A stretch of DNA of 63,916 bases, counting the filler, from Octopus bimaculoides (lineage: Eukaryota): NCBI RefSeq assembly GCF_001194135.2. It is 5 parts of 5 records of this genome, joined end to end, with 100 filler letters (N's around TTAATTAATTAA, not from the genome) between each part and the next. Parts side by side here need not be neighbours in the genome. Positions count along the whole stretch, not along the records: positions 1 to 23,344 come from NC_068981.1; 4 more parts are not named here. One strand, written 5' to 3'. A model generated the notes under the pieces. The model was not told the origin of the DNA, did not search any database, and worked only from the letters and a program-made list of their open reading frames with translations. The translations under genes were made by a program, and so were the position numbers. Every line of letters starts with the position of its first letter. Position 1 is the first letter of the stretch. Of this stretch, positions 1-12,814 are shown piece after piece.

Positions 1-4
1 CATA

Positions 5-300
5 TACTCTTTTACTTGTTTGTCATTTGACTGCGGCCATGCTGGAGCACCGCTTTTAGTCGAGCAAATCGACCCCAGGACTTATTCTTTGTAAGCCTAG
101 TACTTATTCTATCGGTCTCTTTTGCCGAACCGCTAAGTTACGGGGACGTAAACACACCAGCACCGGTTGTCAAGCGATGTTGGGGGGACAAACACTGACA
201 CACAAACATATACACACACATACATACGTACAAATATATATTATATGTTTGTGTATGTATACGTATATATACGTATATAGGTATATATATAGATATGTAT
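5..300 (-). mobile_element. SINE family A, 3' half
   Basis: Reverse complement of the family A body and GTAAAAGA-type tail seen in full at 54927-55340. Confidence 0.85.
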
Positions 301-320
301 ATATATGTAAATATATATAT

Positions 321-474
321 AGGTGCAGGAGTGGTAGTGTGATAAGTAGCTTGCTTAGCAACCACATGGTTCTGGGTTCAGTTCCACTGCGTGCAACCAT
401 GGGCACTTGTCTTCTACTATAGTCTCGGGCTGACCAAAGCCTTGTGAGTGGATTTGGTAGACGGAAACTGAAAG
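321..474 (+). mobile_element. SINE family A head (tRNA-like)
   Basis: A-box-like and B-box-like segments followed by gccttgtgagtggatttggtagacggaaactgaaag. Confidence 0.85.
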
Positions 475-1738
475 TTAATGTTGTTGACTTCGTTTTAGTT
501 AACGCCACGGCGTTAATTCTGTCCATAGTTCGTTCTGAGTTGCCTCTTTTCAACTAAAGAGCTAGAAACGCATTTGGGAATCCGGTAGGGGGCAACACTG
601 GACAGATATGGTGTTTTCACACCTTTTTACCATAAGAGAGATCTTTTTCTCCGCGGTAACTACAATAAATTTGCTTTTAGAAGTTGAAATGTCTCATAGA
701 CATATTTTAACTAACTTAAAGTTCATTTATGCCTAAATTCTGCTTGGCGCTAAAACAGCTGTAATATATATATATATATATATATANNNNNNNNNNNNNN
801 NNNNNNNNNNNNNNNNNNNNNNNNNNNNNNNNNNNNNNNNNNNNNNNNNNNNNNNNNNNNNNNNNNNNNNNNNNNNNNNNNNNNNNNNNNNNNNNNNNNN
901 NNNNNNNNNNNNNNNNNNNNNNNNNNNNNNNNNNNNNNNNNNNNNNNNNNNNNNNNNNNNNNNNNNNNNNNNNNNNNNNNNNNNNNNNNNNNNNNNNNNN
1001 NNNNNNNNNNNNNNNNNNNNNNNNNNNNNNNNNNNNNNNNNNNNNNNNNNNNNNNNNNNNNNNNNNNNNNNNNNNNNNNNNNNNNNNNNNNNNNNNNNNN
1101 NNNNNNNNNNNNNNNNNNNNNNNNNNNNNNNNNNNNNNNNNNNNNNNNNNNNNNNNNNNNNNNNNNNNNNNNNNNNNNNNNNNNNNNNNNNNNNNNNNNN
1201 NNNNNNNNNNNNNNNNNNNNNNNNNNNNNNNNNNNNNNNNNNNNNNNNNNNNNNNNNNNNNNNNNNNNNNNNNNNNNNNNNNNNNNNNNNNNNNNNNNNN
1301 NNNNNNNNNNNNNNNNNNNNNNNNNNNNNNNNNNNNNNNNNNNNNNNNNNNNNNNNNNNNNNNNNNNNNNNNNNNNNNNNNNNNNNNNNNNNNNNNNNNN
1401 NNNNNNNNNNNNNNNNNNNNNNNNNNNNNNNNNNNNNNNNNNNNNNNNNNNNNNNNNNNNNNNNNNNNNNNNNNNNNNNNNNNNNNNNNNNNNNNNNNNN
1501 NNNNNNNNNNNNNNNNNNNNNNNNNNNNNNNNNNNNNNNNNNNNNNNNNNNNNNNNNNNNNNNNNNNNNNNNNNNNNNNNNNNNNNNNNNNNNNNNNNNN
1601 NNNNNNNNNNNNNNNNNNNNNNNNNNNNNNNNNNNNNNNNNNNNNNNNNNNNNNNNNNNNNNNNNNNNNNNNNNNNNNNNNNNNNNNNNNNNNNNNNNNN
1701 NNNNNNNNTATATATATATATATGTACTTACATACCTG

Positions 1739-1770
<32 letters not shown>

Positions 1771-1802
1771 CAAATAGATACATCTATATGCATCCATACA
1801 TC

Positions 1803-1837
<35 letters not shown>

Positions 1838-2473
1838 GCATATATATATGTGGGGGAGAAGAGAGTGAGAAACATAAAAATAGGATATAACATATTTTTG
1901 TAACTAAGACATGGTTCATTTAAGTTGGCCAGGATATAACTAATCATCAGAAATGCGGTGATTAGTCACAGGAAACATCAAACTAACCAACGACGATATT
2001 AGGTTCACAAATTCTGATAAAAATAAATGGAAATGATAAGCACAAATAAACTAAAATTATGCATTCAGAATTACGTGTACCTACCTATGAGTATTTGAAG
2101 TTTTATTGCGAATGAGTGAGTGAGTGAGTGAGAGATTGCGTGAATGAGTGGTTGTGTGTGTAGGTGTGCCTGTGTGTTTGACACGTCATTGTTCATGATA
2201 TAGCCACCTTCTCAAATAGTTAAAGACAAATTAACAAAGCATTTTATTCCATGATTTACTAAGTTGTTTTGACAGACATGGGTGTGAATCGTGTGACAAA
2301 AAGGAAAAAAATCTAATTATCCTTAAATGTAACTGTTATTCTCTTGAGATATCAAGTAAGTGTACTACGTAAAAGTAGCGGAAAATGCCCCATACATATA
2401 AAAAGAACTTATTACTTTCACTTTTTTTAAGGCTACATATAATGCTTGGTAGTTCGCTCACAATAGTGTATTT

Positions 2474-2849
2474 TTCTTTTACTTGTTTCAGTCATTTGAC
2501 TGCGGCCATGCTGGAGCATCGCCTTTAGTCGAGCAAATCGACCCCAGGTTTTATTCCTTGTAAGCCTAATACATATTCTATCGGTCACTTTTGCCGAACC
2601 GCTAAGTTACGGGGACGTAAACAAACCAGCATCGGTTGTCAAGCGATGTTGGGAGGACAAACACAGACACGGAAACATACACACACACATATATATATAC
2701 GCATATATACGACGGGCTTCTTTCAGTTTCCGTCTACCAAATCCACTCGGCTACAGTAGAAGACACTTGCTCAAGGTGTCATGCAGTGGGACTGAACCCG
2801 GAACTATGTGGTTGGTAAGCAAGCTACTTACCACACAGCCACTCCTGCA
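2474..2849 (-). mobile_element. SINE family A, near full length, 7-bp TSD
   Basis: Head and tail both present. TAGTGTA occurs at 2464-2470 and 2851-2857. Confidence 0.88.
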
Positions 2850-2915
2850 CTAGTGTAATAAAAGTTTTATAATTAGTAACAATATTATACTGATATTGAA
2901 ATGAGCTAAAAATAT

Positions 2916-3127
2916 TTTCTACAATAGGCACAAGGCCTGAAATTTTGGAGGATGGGGCTAGTCGATACCATCGACCCAAGAGCTCAACTAGTACTCATTT
3001 TATCGACTGCGAAAGTTTGAAAGGCAAAGTTGACCTTGGTGGAAATGGAACTCAGAACTTAAAACCAAAAGAAATGCCGCTAAGCATTTTATCTCTGGCC
3101 TGCTAAAGATTCTGCAGCTCGCTGCCT
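2916..3127 (-). mobile_element. SINE family B (ggcgagctggcagaa head)
   Basis: Reverse complement of the copy at 8164-8376. Confidence 0.8.
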
Positions 3128-3164
3128 TTGCTAACTCGTCTCTTTTATCATCTCACCACCTTTT

Positions 3165-3670
3165 ATGGATGCAAAATACTATAAGGATATGGTTGAGGAC
3201 CAACTGAAGGACGCAACTTTCTATTGTGAAATTCCTACAAATATAAAACACCACATCATGAAGAAGATCAACAACCTTGTTTCAAAACACCACAACTCAC
3301 CGATAACGAAAGAGACTACATCACTAATTTTGAGCCAAACCAAGCAACTTCTACAGTTTACCGAAAATACATAAATCAAAAGATATTCAGCATGCAGTAA
3401 AAGAACAAGAAAGTGAGTACATAAAATTACTGCATTCAAAAGACTTAAAACTTAGACCGATTATAGCTGGTCTAGCATGCCCTACCCACTGTCCAAGCAA
3501 CCTTATTGACATTGTTTTGAAACCACTACATACCCAGTTTCATCCGGGATGACATCTACTTCTTGTTCCATATTCCCAAAACAACTGAAACAAATTCACT
3601 TCTACTTAGTTTTGATGTGGTAAGACCAATATTCCACATGATTTATGAATAAAGGCGATTAGATTTTATT
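3165..3670 (+). mobile_element. Penelope-like element reverse transcriptase fragment, decayed
   Basis: Frameshifted peptides MDAKYYKDMVEDQL, LKLRPIIAG.ACPTH..SNLIDI.LKP, SFDVV and TNIPHD..KAIRF follow the order of PLE RT motifs. Confidence 0.7.
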
Positions 3671-3718
3671 CCTAATAAAATCTAATTATTTAGATTTTAT
3701 TAGGAATAAAATCTAATC

Positions 3719-6074
3719 TCGCAGTACGAGTGCACCATTGTATGAGTAATTTGCTGTATGAGCCGAGGATTGTTCGAATTTTTGTCTTGAAGTACGAGTG
3801 GAAATCCGCTGTACGAGTGGAAATACGCAGTACGAGTGGAAATACGCAGTACGAGTGGAAATATGCAGTACGAGCGAGTTTCATACAAGCAACCGCTAGT
3901 CGGCGTTGAGCTCGCACACTCTCTCCCAACAAGTGCAGCCTCTGCTCGCTCATTTCACGTGTTTATCTCGTTCTAGCAACATCTTTATTGTTTTTCCGTG
4001 TTTTTTTTTTAGTTTTGCGCGTTTTTTGCTATTATTTTATAATAATTAGTTGTATTAGCCATGAGTCCTAAGAAGGTGAATGCAAAGGATAGTGGTGGGA
4101 AGACGAAAATGCTGATAATGATAGGATTGAAGAAGGAAATCATTGATAAACTTGAGAGAGGAGTGCGTGTAGTGGACATAGCACCTCTATGCGACTGAAG
4201 TATGCCGACGATCTGCACCATCCTGAAGAAAAAGGACGAGGTCAAGGCCGTTATACCTGCAAAAGGTGTCTCCAGTCTCTCCAAGCAATGCATTTCTGTC
4301 CACGAAGTGATGAAAAAATTGCTTCTGTGGATCAACGAGAAGCAACTCGCAGGGGATACGTTTACGGAGACCATCATCTGCGAGAAATCACGAGCGCTGT
4401 ATGGGGATTTCGTGAAGCAAAACCCTGGAACATCGACATAGGAGACATCAGTAGATGCATTTAAGGCTAGTCACGCTGGTTCGATAGTTTCAAGAAGAGG
4501 ACTGGTGTTTATAGCGTCGTCAGATATGGAAAAGCAGCAAGTTCTGACACAAAGGCAGCTAAAGATTTCGTGCATAAATTCCGTCAGCTCAACGTAGCCG
4601 ACAACAAGTATTCAACTGTGATAAAACTGGCCATTTATGGAAAAAAATACCCAGAAGAATCTACATAACTGCAGAGGAGAAGAAAATGCCAGGCCGCAGG
4701 CCTATGAAAGATAGGCTAACTCTTGCCCTTTGTGCCAATGCAAGTGGAGACTTGAAGATTAAGCCTCTCCTTGTCTACCATTCCGAAAACCCACGAGCGT
4801 TTAAGTTGCACAAAACCTTGAAGAAGAAGCTGCAGGTCATGTGGGCAGCAAGCGTTAAAGCCTGGGCTACCAAGCAATTCTTCACCGAGAGAGTCAACCT
4901 TATCTTCGGACCAGCAGTGAAAAATTACCTTCTGGAGAACGATCTTCCTCTCAAGGCCCTCCTCATCCTCAGCAATGCTCCTGCTCCCCCTCTTAACTTC
5001 GGAGATGATATCCTGGACAACTTTAAATTCATAAAAGTTCTATACCTTTCACGCAACTCTATCCCTATCATGCAGCCCATGGACCAACAGGTGATTCTTA
5101 ATTTCAAGAAATTGTGCACCAAACACCTGTTTCATGCATGCTTTGAAGTCACCGAAAATACAAATCTAACCATTCTTGATTTTTGGAAGGAGCACTACAA
5201 TATTGTAAACGGCCTGAAAATCATAGATATGGCTTGGTAAGGTGTAAAGAGGATAACACTGAATTCTGCATGGAGGAAACTGTGGTCTGACTGTGTATCC
5301 GAAAGAGATTTCGAGGGGTTTGAGTCTGAGACACCTGTAGTCGAGGAGATAGTGTCTCTCGGCAAGTCCATCGGACTCGAGGTTAACGATGGGGACATTA
5401 ACGATTTCATCGAGGAACACTCAGAGGAGCTGACAACAGATGAACTCCTGCAGCTTCCGGGGCAACAGCATTCGGATACGGAAAAGGCTCTCTCTACGAG
5501 TGACATAAATGCAGAGTTGGCAAAAAATATCATCCTGGAAATGTATCTACAGGTCGTGCAGCTGCTTTATTTAATGACACTCTCTGGCACATTTTCATAA
5601 CATTTTGAAAGGCAGGAAAAAGCAGACTTTTCTTGATATGTTTCAAATTAAACGAACTGTAAATATAAAAAATGAAGAAAGTGTGCCCAGAAAACCTAAA
5701 TTAAGCGAAGTGAGAAAGAAAACGCCAGAAATTGTCCTTCTTGAAGTTTTAATGGAAGATTTTCCTTCCACACAGTAGTAATCCTCCTCTCCGTTTCATC
5801 GTCTTCCACGCGCACACATCGTCTCATCTTTAAGGCAATTCAATTAATAAAACCAGTTTACATATTTCTTTTGCATTTTCAGGTTTTAATAATTGTCATT
5901 TTCCTTGTAACTGCACCTTTTCTGCTTGAAAACTCATAAAAAATTATTTTTGGGTGGATTTTGTGGAGGGGTAGGAACAGATTAATTATATTTTAATTAA
6001 TTTCAGTGGGGAAAAAGAATAAATCGTAAAACGAGCACGGTCATGGAACGAATTAAATTCGTACTGCATCACTG
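3719..6074 (+). mobile_element. Tigger/pogo-like DNA transposon, decayed, left TIR clipped
   Basis: ATG at 4061 opens an HTH region. DDE-domain peptides include KDRLTLALCANASGDLKIKPLLVYHSENPRAF and QPMDQQVI. The right end is CACTG|TA at 6074. There are 19-bp subterminal repeats at about 3781-3875. Confidence 0.9.
4061..5660 (+). pseudogene. Tigger-type transposase with multiple stops and frameshifts
   Basis: Split over ORF fragments 4202-4441, 4686-5240 and 5352-5600. Confidence 0.85.
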
Positions 6075-6621
6075 TATGTATGTATGTATGTATATATATA
6101 TATATATATATATNNNNNNNNNNNNNNNNNNNNNNNNNNNNNNNNNNNNNNNNNNNNNNNNNNNNNNNNNNNNNNNNNNNNNNNNNNNNNNNNNNNNNNN
6201 NNNNNNNNNNNNNNNNNNNNNNNNNNNNNNNNNNNNNNNNNNNNNNNNNNNNNNNNNNNNNNNNNNNNNNNNNNNNNNNNNNNNNNNNNNNNNNNNNNNN
6301 NNNNNNNNNNNNNNNNNNNNNNNNNNNNNNNNNNNNNNNNNNNNNNNNNNNNNNNNNNNNNNNNNNNNNNNNNNNNNNNNNNNNNNNNNNNNNNNNNNNN
6401 NNNNNNNNNNNNNNNNNNNNNNNNNNNNNNNNNNNNNNNNNNNNNNNNNNNNNNNNNNNNNNNNNNNNNNNNNNNNNNNNNNNNNNNNNNNNNNNNNNNN
6501 NNNNNNNNNNNNNNNNNNNNNNNNNNNNNNNNNNNNNNNNNNNNNNNNNNNNNNNNNNNNNNNNNNNNNNNNNNNNNNNNNNNNNNNNNNNNNNNNNNNN
6601 NNNNNNNNNNNNNNNNNNNNN

Positions 6622-7545
6622 NGATTTCAATGCAAGAGTTGGAAAGGACTATGTTTCATGATCTGTTTTAGGTCGACATGGGATTGGAAAATGCAATAAA
6701 AATGGAATAGCTCTTTTGACGTTTTGTACTGAGAATCTGGTTGTCACCAACACTCTGTTTAAGCAGAAAATAGATATAAAACCACCTGGATGCACCCAAG
6801 ATCTAAGCACTGGCATCTCATAGATTACATTCTGATTAGGAAACGTGATATGAAAGACGTTTCTAGGGTTCGGGTCATGAGAGGGGCAGAGAGTTGGACT
6901 GACCATCATCTACTGCGTGGCAAAATAGATTTTTCGATAATACCTAAAAATCGACAGTCTAGTCCTAAGGTACCCAAAAGGTTAAATGTTGCATACTTTA
7001 AATTATCAAGTAACTTGCAAAGATTCCACGGTGCTATACAAAGTATTAATCTTGACCCAAACAATCTATGGGAAGATTTCAAAACAAAAGTATTTCAGGC
7101 TGCAAGTTCGTCAGTGGGATTTAACTCTCATAAATCCAGAGATTGGTTCTCAGATAGATCAGCATAAATTCATGATCTACTTTTAGAAAAACAAATCTTA
7201 GGCAATACACTACTCTCTCAGTCCTTGAATCCTAACTCAAACAAAACTTACAGAAAGCTGAAAAGGAGAAAAATTAAACAGGAATGGTAGAATGATAGGG
7301 CAAAAAGGGCACAAGAAGCAGCTGATAGAAATGATGCCAGGAGTTTGTATTCTTATGTTAGGGAGGTATATGGTCCAAAATCTTCCTCAATAGCTCCAGT
7401 GAGAACAGAAGATGGATGTTTTCTTCTGACTAACACCGCTTCTATTCATAAGCGTTGGGTAGAACATTTTTCTACACTTTTGAATAGACCATCATCCGTT
7501 AACATGAGGACGATAGAAAAAAATTGAACAACTTCCAGTTATAGA
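6622..7545 (+). mobile_element. RTE (BovB-like) LINE fragment: end of APE endonuclease plus linker
   Basis: Peptides FNARVG, TTWMHPRSKHWHLIDYI, RGAESWTDHHL and RWVEHFSTLLNRPS. Confidence 0.9.
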
Positions 7546-7855
7546 AGAGATGGCATTTGAACCAACTCTACATATATATATATGCATGTATATATGGGTA
7601 TATATATATCTGAACATATATATATATGTATGTATATGTATAATATGTATATATACACATGTAAATATATTGATTTATATGTATATACATGTATATATGT
7701 ATGTATATATGTGTATATATGTGTAGCTATATATATATATGTATATATATATTTATGTTTATATATGCATACATGTATATATGTGTATCTATATGTGTAC
7801 ATATTTATGTATGAATGTATGAATATATGTATATACATATATGTGTATGGAAGTG

Positions 7856-7887
<32 letters not shown>

Positions 7888-8034
7888 TATANNNNNNNNN
7901 NNNNNNNNNNNNNNNNNNNNNNNNNNNNNNNNNNNNNNNNNNNNNNNNNNNNNNNNNNNNNNNNNNNNNNNNNNNNNNNNNNNNNNNNNNNNNNNNNNNN
8001 NNNNNNNNNNNNNNNNNNNNNNNNNNNNNNNNNN

Positions 8035-8068
<34 letters not shown>

Positions 8069-8163
8069 TCTATAGCATCTATAAAGTGTTGGATTTTCGG
8101 TGCTTCATGGCCATAGATTCCAAAGCCTTTGTCTATAGTTGTAGTGTTGTATAAATGTTTCAA

Positions 8164-8376
8164 GGAGGCGAGCTGGCAGAATCGTTAGCACGCCGGGCGA
8201 AATGTTCAGCGGCATTTCGTCTGCCACTACGTTCTGAATTCAAATTCCGCCGTGGTCGACTTTTCCTTTCAGCCTTTCGGGGTCTATAAATTAAGTACTA
8301 GTTGTATACTGGGGTCGATCTAATCGACTGGCCCCATCCCCTACAAATTTCAGGCATTGTGCTTATAATAGAAAAG
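8164..8376 (+). mobile_element. SINE family B
   Basis: tggcagaatcgttagc head, gttctgaattcaaattc B-box-like segment, and a cctttcggggtc.ataaattaagtac core. Confidence 0.85.
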
Positions 8377-8589
8377 TTCTATAAATATTCCTTCCTTCCA
8401 TATTGAGAAATTCATACTAAAAAAAGTTTTGGTGATTCCATATAATTCTTCTTTTTCCATGATGTTGGACAAATTTCAAAAGAGTTTAATTTAAATGTCA
8501 GCTTGTCTGCTTCCTTTTCAATCCTCCCTTTTGTGTGAGACTTTGAGATTTATGTTAGAAAATGCAATTTAATTACGCCTATTCATAAG

Positions 8590-9050
8590 GCTGTGAGCTG
8601 GCAGAATCATTACAGTGTTCAAATTCGGCCAAATTTAGCTTTGCTTTTCATTCCTCTGGGGTGGATAAAATAAACTATCAACTTATTGCTGGGGTCGATA
8701 TGCTCTGCGAATCCCAATCCACAAAATTGCCAAATTAGAAAAATTAACTTCTCTTCATTTAAAAATGCTTTTGGGGATGTTTAAAACAAAGTACTAGTAA
8801 AGTACTGGAAGCTATTTGATTAAATATACTCACCCCTCCACTCAAATGTGTGATGTTAGGGAAATGATTTTGAAAAAGCAGTGTCAGACAAAATGTTTTG
8901 TGGTATTTAATTTATGCTCTTTACGAATTGAGTTCAAATTGCGCAGTTATTGACTTAGCGTTTAATCCTTCCGGTGTCAATAAACATCTAGTACTGTCAA
9001 GCACTGGAGTTGGTATAACCAACTATTTTCTCCTCACATATTGTTGGATT
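8590..9050 (+). mobile_element. Two degenerate SINE family B fragments
   Basis: Partial matches to the family B head and core at about 8590-8740 and 8920-9050. Confidence 0.55.
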
Positions 9051-10054
9051 TGTATATATGTAAGAGATAACATATTGCGCAATTGAGTCCAAAAAAATCA
9101 AGTTAATCATTTTGCTTCTTTAAGAACAGCAGAGAATATTTGTAGGCGCAATAAAAATGTCGGGGAAGATCTTCAACATGAACGTTTTAATTACACACAC
9201 ATCTAACCATAAATCTTATCTAAAATAAAATAAATAACTTCAGCAATGTAGTTATGGCTAAGAGGTTATAAATAAGTCTTATCACCAGCAAACTATGTGA
9301 TTCAGTCAGAAAAAAAATCTATATCGATGTAGGGGGTGAAGGTGAGCTATGTTAGTTATCGGGACCAACGATTTAACATGTCTTTTGACCTAGAGACATT
9401 GCTTAGTCATTTTATTCCCATAAATCTTCACAACTACCTCTACAACACTTCTCACTCATGTCTGTATGCCATTCTGAAGGTAGGGAACGCCAAATATCAA
9501 ACGAGGCATATTTTACTGTATTACATTTCAAAGACAGGAAACAGTCCTTGCTACCTAAAGTAAAACGCATAAAGTTCATCTGGTAAGCTCGTCTTTTACC
9601 ACCTTCCCTATCTAAAAATCATTCTTCAGTTCTCTGGAAGCACATTTGAAGGAGAGAGAACAGAGGCAGACATATTTCAACACCATGCGCTTCAGCGTAT
9701 GATGAGGGAGAGGAATTGGGGGCGATTGTTGAATGTCAGAGAATCTAGAAAGGCACTTCATGTCATTCACGGAAGATGATAATGATAACTTAGTGTAAAA
9801 AATATTGGTAACAAAAATGTTTATGAAAGTCTGACAGAAGCAATACGTAGGGTCTCTCTGTGGACTAACCCTAAATCAATCTGATATATTAGACAGCATA
9901 CTATACAGCTGCGCACACATTCACACACGCAAGCACGTACTTATACACATATATGTGTGTATATATATATATTTGTAATTTTCATACATATATTTATATA
10001 TTCAATGTATGTATGTATATATCTAATATTTTTATATATCGAAATAATAATATA

Positions 10055-10130
<76 letters not shown>

Positions 10131-10143
10131 TACATATATAATA

Positions 10144-10375
10144 CTAGCTTAAATGCCGCTCGATAGGGCTGCTTTTAAGCTAGGTCCTGTGGAGGGCTCT
10201 TCATTGGTTCTTGAACCCAACAATGACATTAAACTTGAACAATATTTTTCAAGCAATGAACAATTTTCTTCAAAACAATGATATAATATATCGACTTGGA
10301 ACTTATTGAAAAGCTGCATGATAAAAAACATTTTTTGTCTTCCCATTCGGGAGTTAGAACAATTTTTTTCTAACC
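10144..10375 (-). mobile_element. Possible Helitron 3' end
   Basis: The minus strand reads gccctatcgagcggc (imperfect hairpin), a short spacer, then CTAG|T at 10144. The 5' end is not identified. Confidence 0.4.
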
Positions 10376-10781
10376 TCTTTCTTTCTTCTTTCTTTCTTTC
10401 TTTCTTTCTTCATCAGCAGTACCACCACCATCGCCACCACAAATGCCATACACACCATTCAGACTTCCGACGCAACCACCATCAATACCTTTGATTTCAC
10501 CGCCTTCCCCTCCGACATCATCACCACTGTCTTTCACATCGCTTACTATCACCGCCATCCTTGACTGACCCCCACTGCCATCATTACCGTCGCCTCCGTC
10601 TCTATCATAACTACAGCTCATACTATTACTATCACTCCATTACCATCACAACTGTCAATCTACTACCGTCTCTATGCCTACTGTTACTCTCACCACATCA
10701 CGAGGAACAGTGGAAGTGACACCGAATAGTGAGAGAAGGGTCAAAGTGTGATACACTGACATACAGAAATTTGTTTTAGCA

Positions 10782-10812
<31 letters not shown>

Positions 10813-10824
10813 AAATCTTGCTTG

Positions 10825-11029
10825 CTTCGGTCATTACACTGCGGTGATGGTGAAGCACCGCATTGAAGAATTTTTAGTCGAATATATCGACCTCAGTACT
10901 GTTTTTTTTTTATATAAGCCTGGTGCTTAGTCTATCGGTCTCTTTTACTGAACCGCTAAGCTACGGGGTGTAAACAAACCAACACTGGTTGTCAAGCGGT
11001 GGTGGGGCACAAACACAGTCATAGACACA

Positions 11030-11110
<81 letters not shown>
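10825..11110 (-). mobile_element. SINE family A 3' half running into (CA)n
   Basis: Homology to the family A body. Confidence 0.7.
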
Positions 11111-11111
<1 letters not shown>

Positions 11112-11139
11112 TATATATATATATTTAAATAAATACCAA

Positions 11140-11433
11140 CAGATGGTTGATGCGTCAATTTGCTACAGCTGTTTCCAACGAATTTTTAATTGATATTAGA
11201 AAAAACCGTTTTCATCAGGTAAGTACATCAGCCACAACATTTAGAAACATTGAAAAATCAACGCCATATGCACCTCTATGATTCTATGCGTTTTGCTGGT
11301 CGTAGAATGAATTTGTTAGTTCAGATGGTTAGTAATATAGCAGAGGACAACGCGATGTCGTGTGTGGGTAGGGGGTATCTAAGATTTATAGCATTGATGG
11401 AGGTTAGAGGACTGGGTAGGGGGATCGGTCGGT
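11140..11433 (-). repeat. Left arm of inverted repeat pair, with hammerhead-like motif
   Basis: Reverse complement of 12116-12438. Confidence 0.85.
11157..11225 (-). ncRNA. Type I hammerhead-ribozyme-like motif, copy 1
   Basis: CTGATGA (11218-11212), AACG/CGTT stem II, GAAAC-AGCT-GTA (11175-11164). Stem I pairs poorly. Confidence 0.5.
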
Positions 11434-11710
11434 GAAAGCATCTCGGCCCTGCAATTAAGATAGAGTTAGCCCTTTATTATATACTTCTTTATTTATTTAT
11501 TTATTTATTTATTGATAGGATGACCACTATTATTACCACATACACACTATAATAGACTCTTAGACTTTGTGTCTCTATTACATATCCTGCTTGCAATAAA
11601 GCGGGCAGATAAAAGGCTGTTAAATAAGTAAATATATACATTACATTTAACCCTAAAACTCTTGTTGAATTAATGATATATAGAACTAACTGTGTGGAAA
11701 CGCAATGGCC

Positions 11711-12075
11711 GAGCGCAATGGCCTAGTGGTTAGGGCAGCGGACTCGCGGTCATAGGATCGCGGTTTCGATTCCCAGACCGGGCGTTGTGAGTGTTTATTG
11801 AGTGAAAACACCTAAAAGCTCCACGAAACTCCGGCAGAGGGTGGTGGCGAATCTCGCTGTACTCTTTCACCACAACTTTCTCTCACTCTTACTTCCTGTT
11901 TCTGTTGTGCCTGTAATTCAAAGGGTCAGCCTTGTCACACTGTGTCACGCTGAATATCCCCGAGAACTACGTTAAGGGTACACGTGTCTGTGGAGTGCTC
12001 AGCCACTTGCACGTTAATTTCCTGAGCAGGCTGTTCCGTTGATCGACGTCGTAAGCGACGGAGTGCCAACAACAA
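11711..12075 (+). mobile_element. SINE with head C and tail X
   Basis: tRNA-like head gcgcaatggcctagtggttagggcagcggactcgcggtc. Tail X starts at about 11903 and ends in (CAA)n. Confidence 0.88.
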
Positions 12076-12115
12076 CAGCTTACTGTATCTGAATTGCAGG
12101 TACGAGATGTTTCGC

Positions 12116-12438
12116 CGTCCGACTCCCCCCTCCGTCACCACCACTCAATCCTCTAACCTCCATCAATGCTATAGATCTTAGATACCCCTACCCACACATG
12201 ATATCGCGTTGTCTTCTGCTACATTACTACCCATCTGGACTAACAAATTCATTCTACGACCAGCAAGGCTCGTAGAATCATGAAGGTGCATATGCCGTTG
12301 ATTTTTGAATGTTTTTAAACGTTCTGGTTGATATATTTATCTGATGAAAACGTTTTTTTTCTAATGATGTAATGTCTTCATTAATCAATTAAAAATTCGT
12401 TGGAAACAGCTGTAGTGAATGGACACATTATCCGTCTG
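12116..12438 (+). repeat. Right arm of inverted repeat pair, with hammerhead-like motif
   Basis: Reverse complement of 11140-11433. Confidence 0.85.
12334..12421 (+). ncRNA. Type I hammerhead-ribozyme-like motif, copy 2
   Basis: Stem I tatttat/gtgaatg (7 bp, 3 G.U), CTGATGA 12341-12347, stem II AACG/CGTT, GAAAC 12403-12407, palindromic AGCT loop, GTA triplet 12412-12414. Confidence 0.6.
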
Positions 12439-12716
12439 TAGTTATTTATTTATTTATAATTCACCTCTCTCATAACCTCGAGTGATCCGAAATATATTAT
12501 GGATCGTATAGTTAATACAATGTGCGTTTCTTGATTAGCCCAGGGGCTAGTGATATACTCAGTCGGTTCAATTAATCGTATACATAACCTGAATATCTTT
12601 CTGCCTGTACACCGGTACCCGTGTACGTATTCGTCAATTTTTGTTGTGTATGCATTTTAGTTTTGACCGGACAGGGTACCTTAACATTTAAGCGCCTGGC
12701 TCGCTTGAATCCTTAT

Positions 12717-12770
<54 letters not shown>

Positions 12771-12814
12771 TGTGTGTGTGTGTGTGTGCGTGTGTGCGTG
12801 TGTGCATGTATCAA

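Noticed and set aside
716-1947. Long ORFs spanning N gaps (also near 6, 14.5, 21, 34.7, 46, 60.4 and 62.4 kb)
   Set aside because: Open only because N codons and (TA)n/(CA)n tracts lack stops.
11711-11790. tRNA genes at SINE heads (C, D, A and B types)
   Set aside because: A/B-box-like segments continue into SINE bodies and lack a complete acceptor stem.
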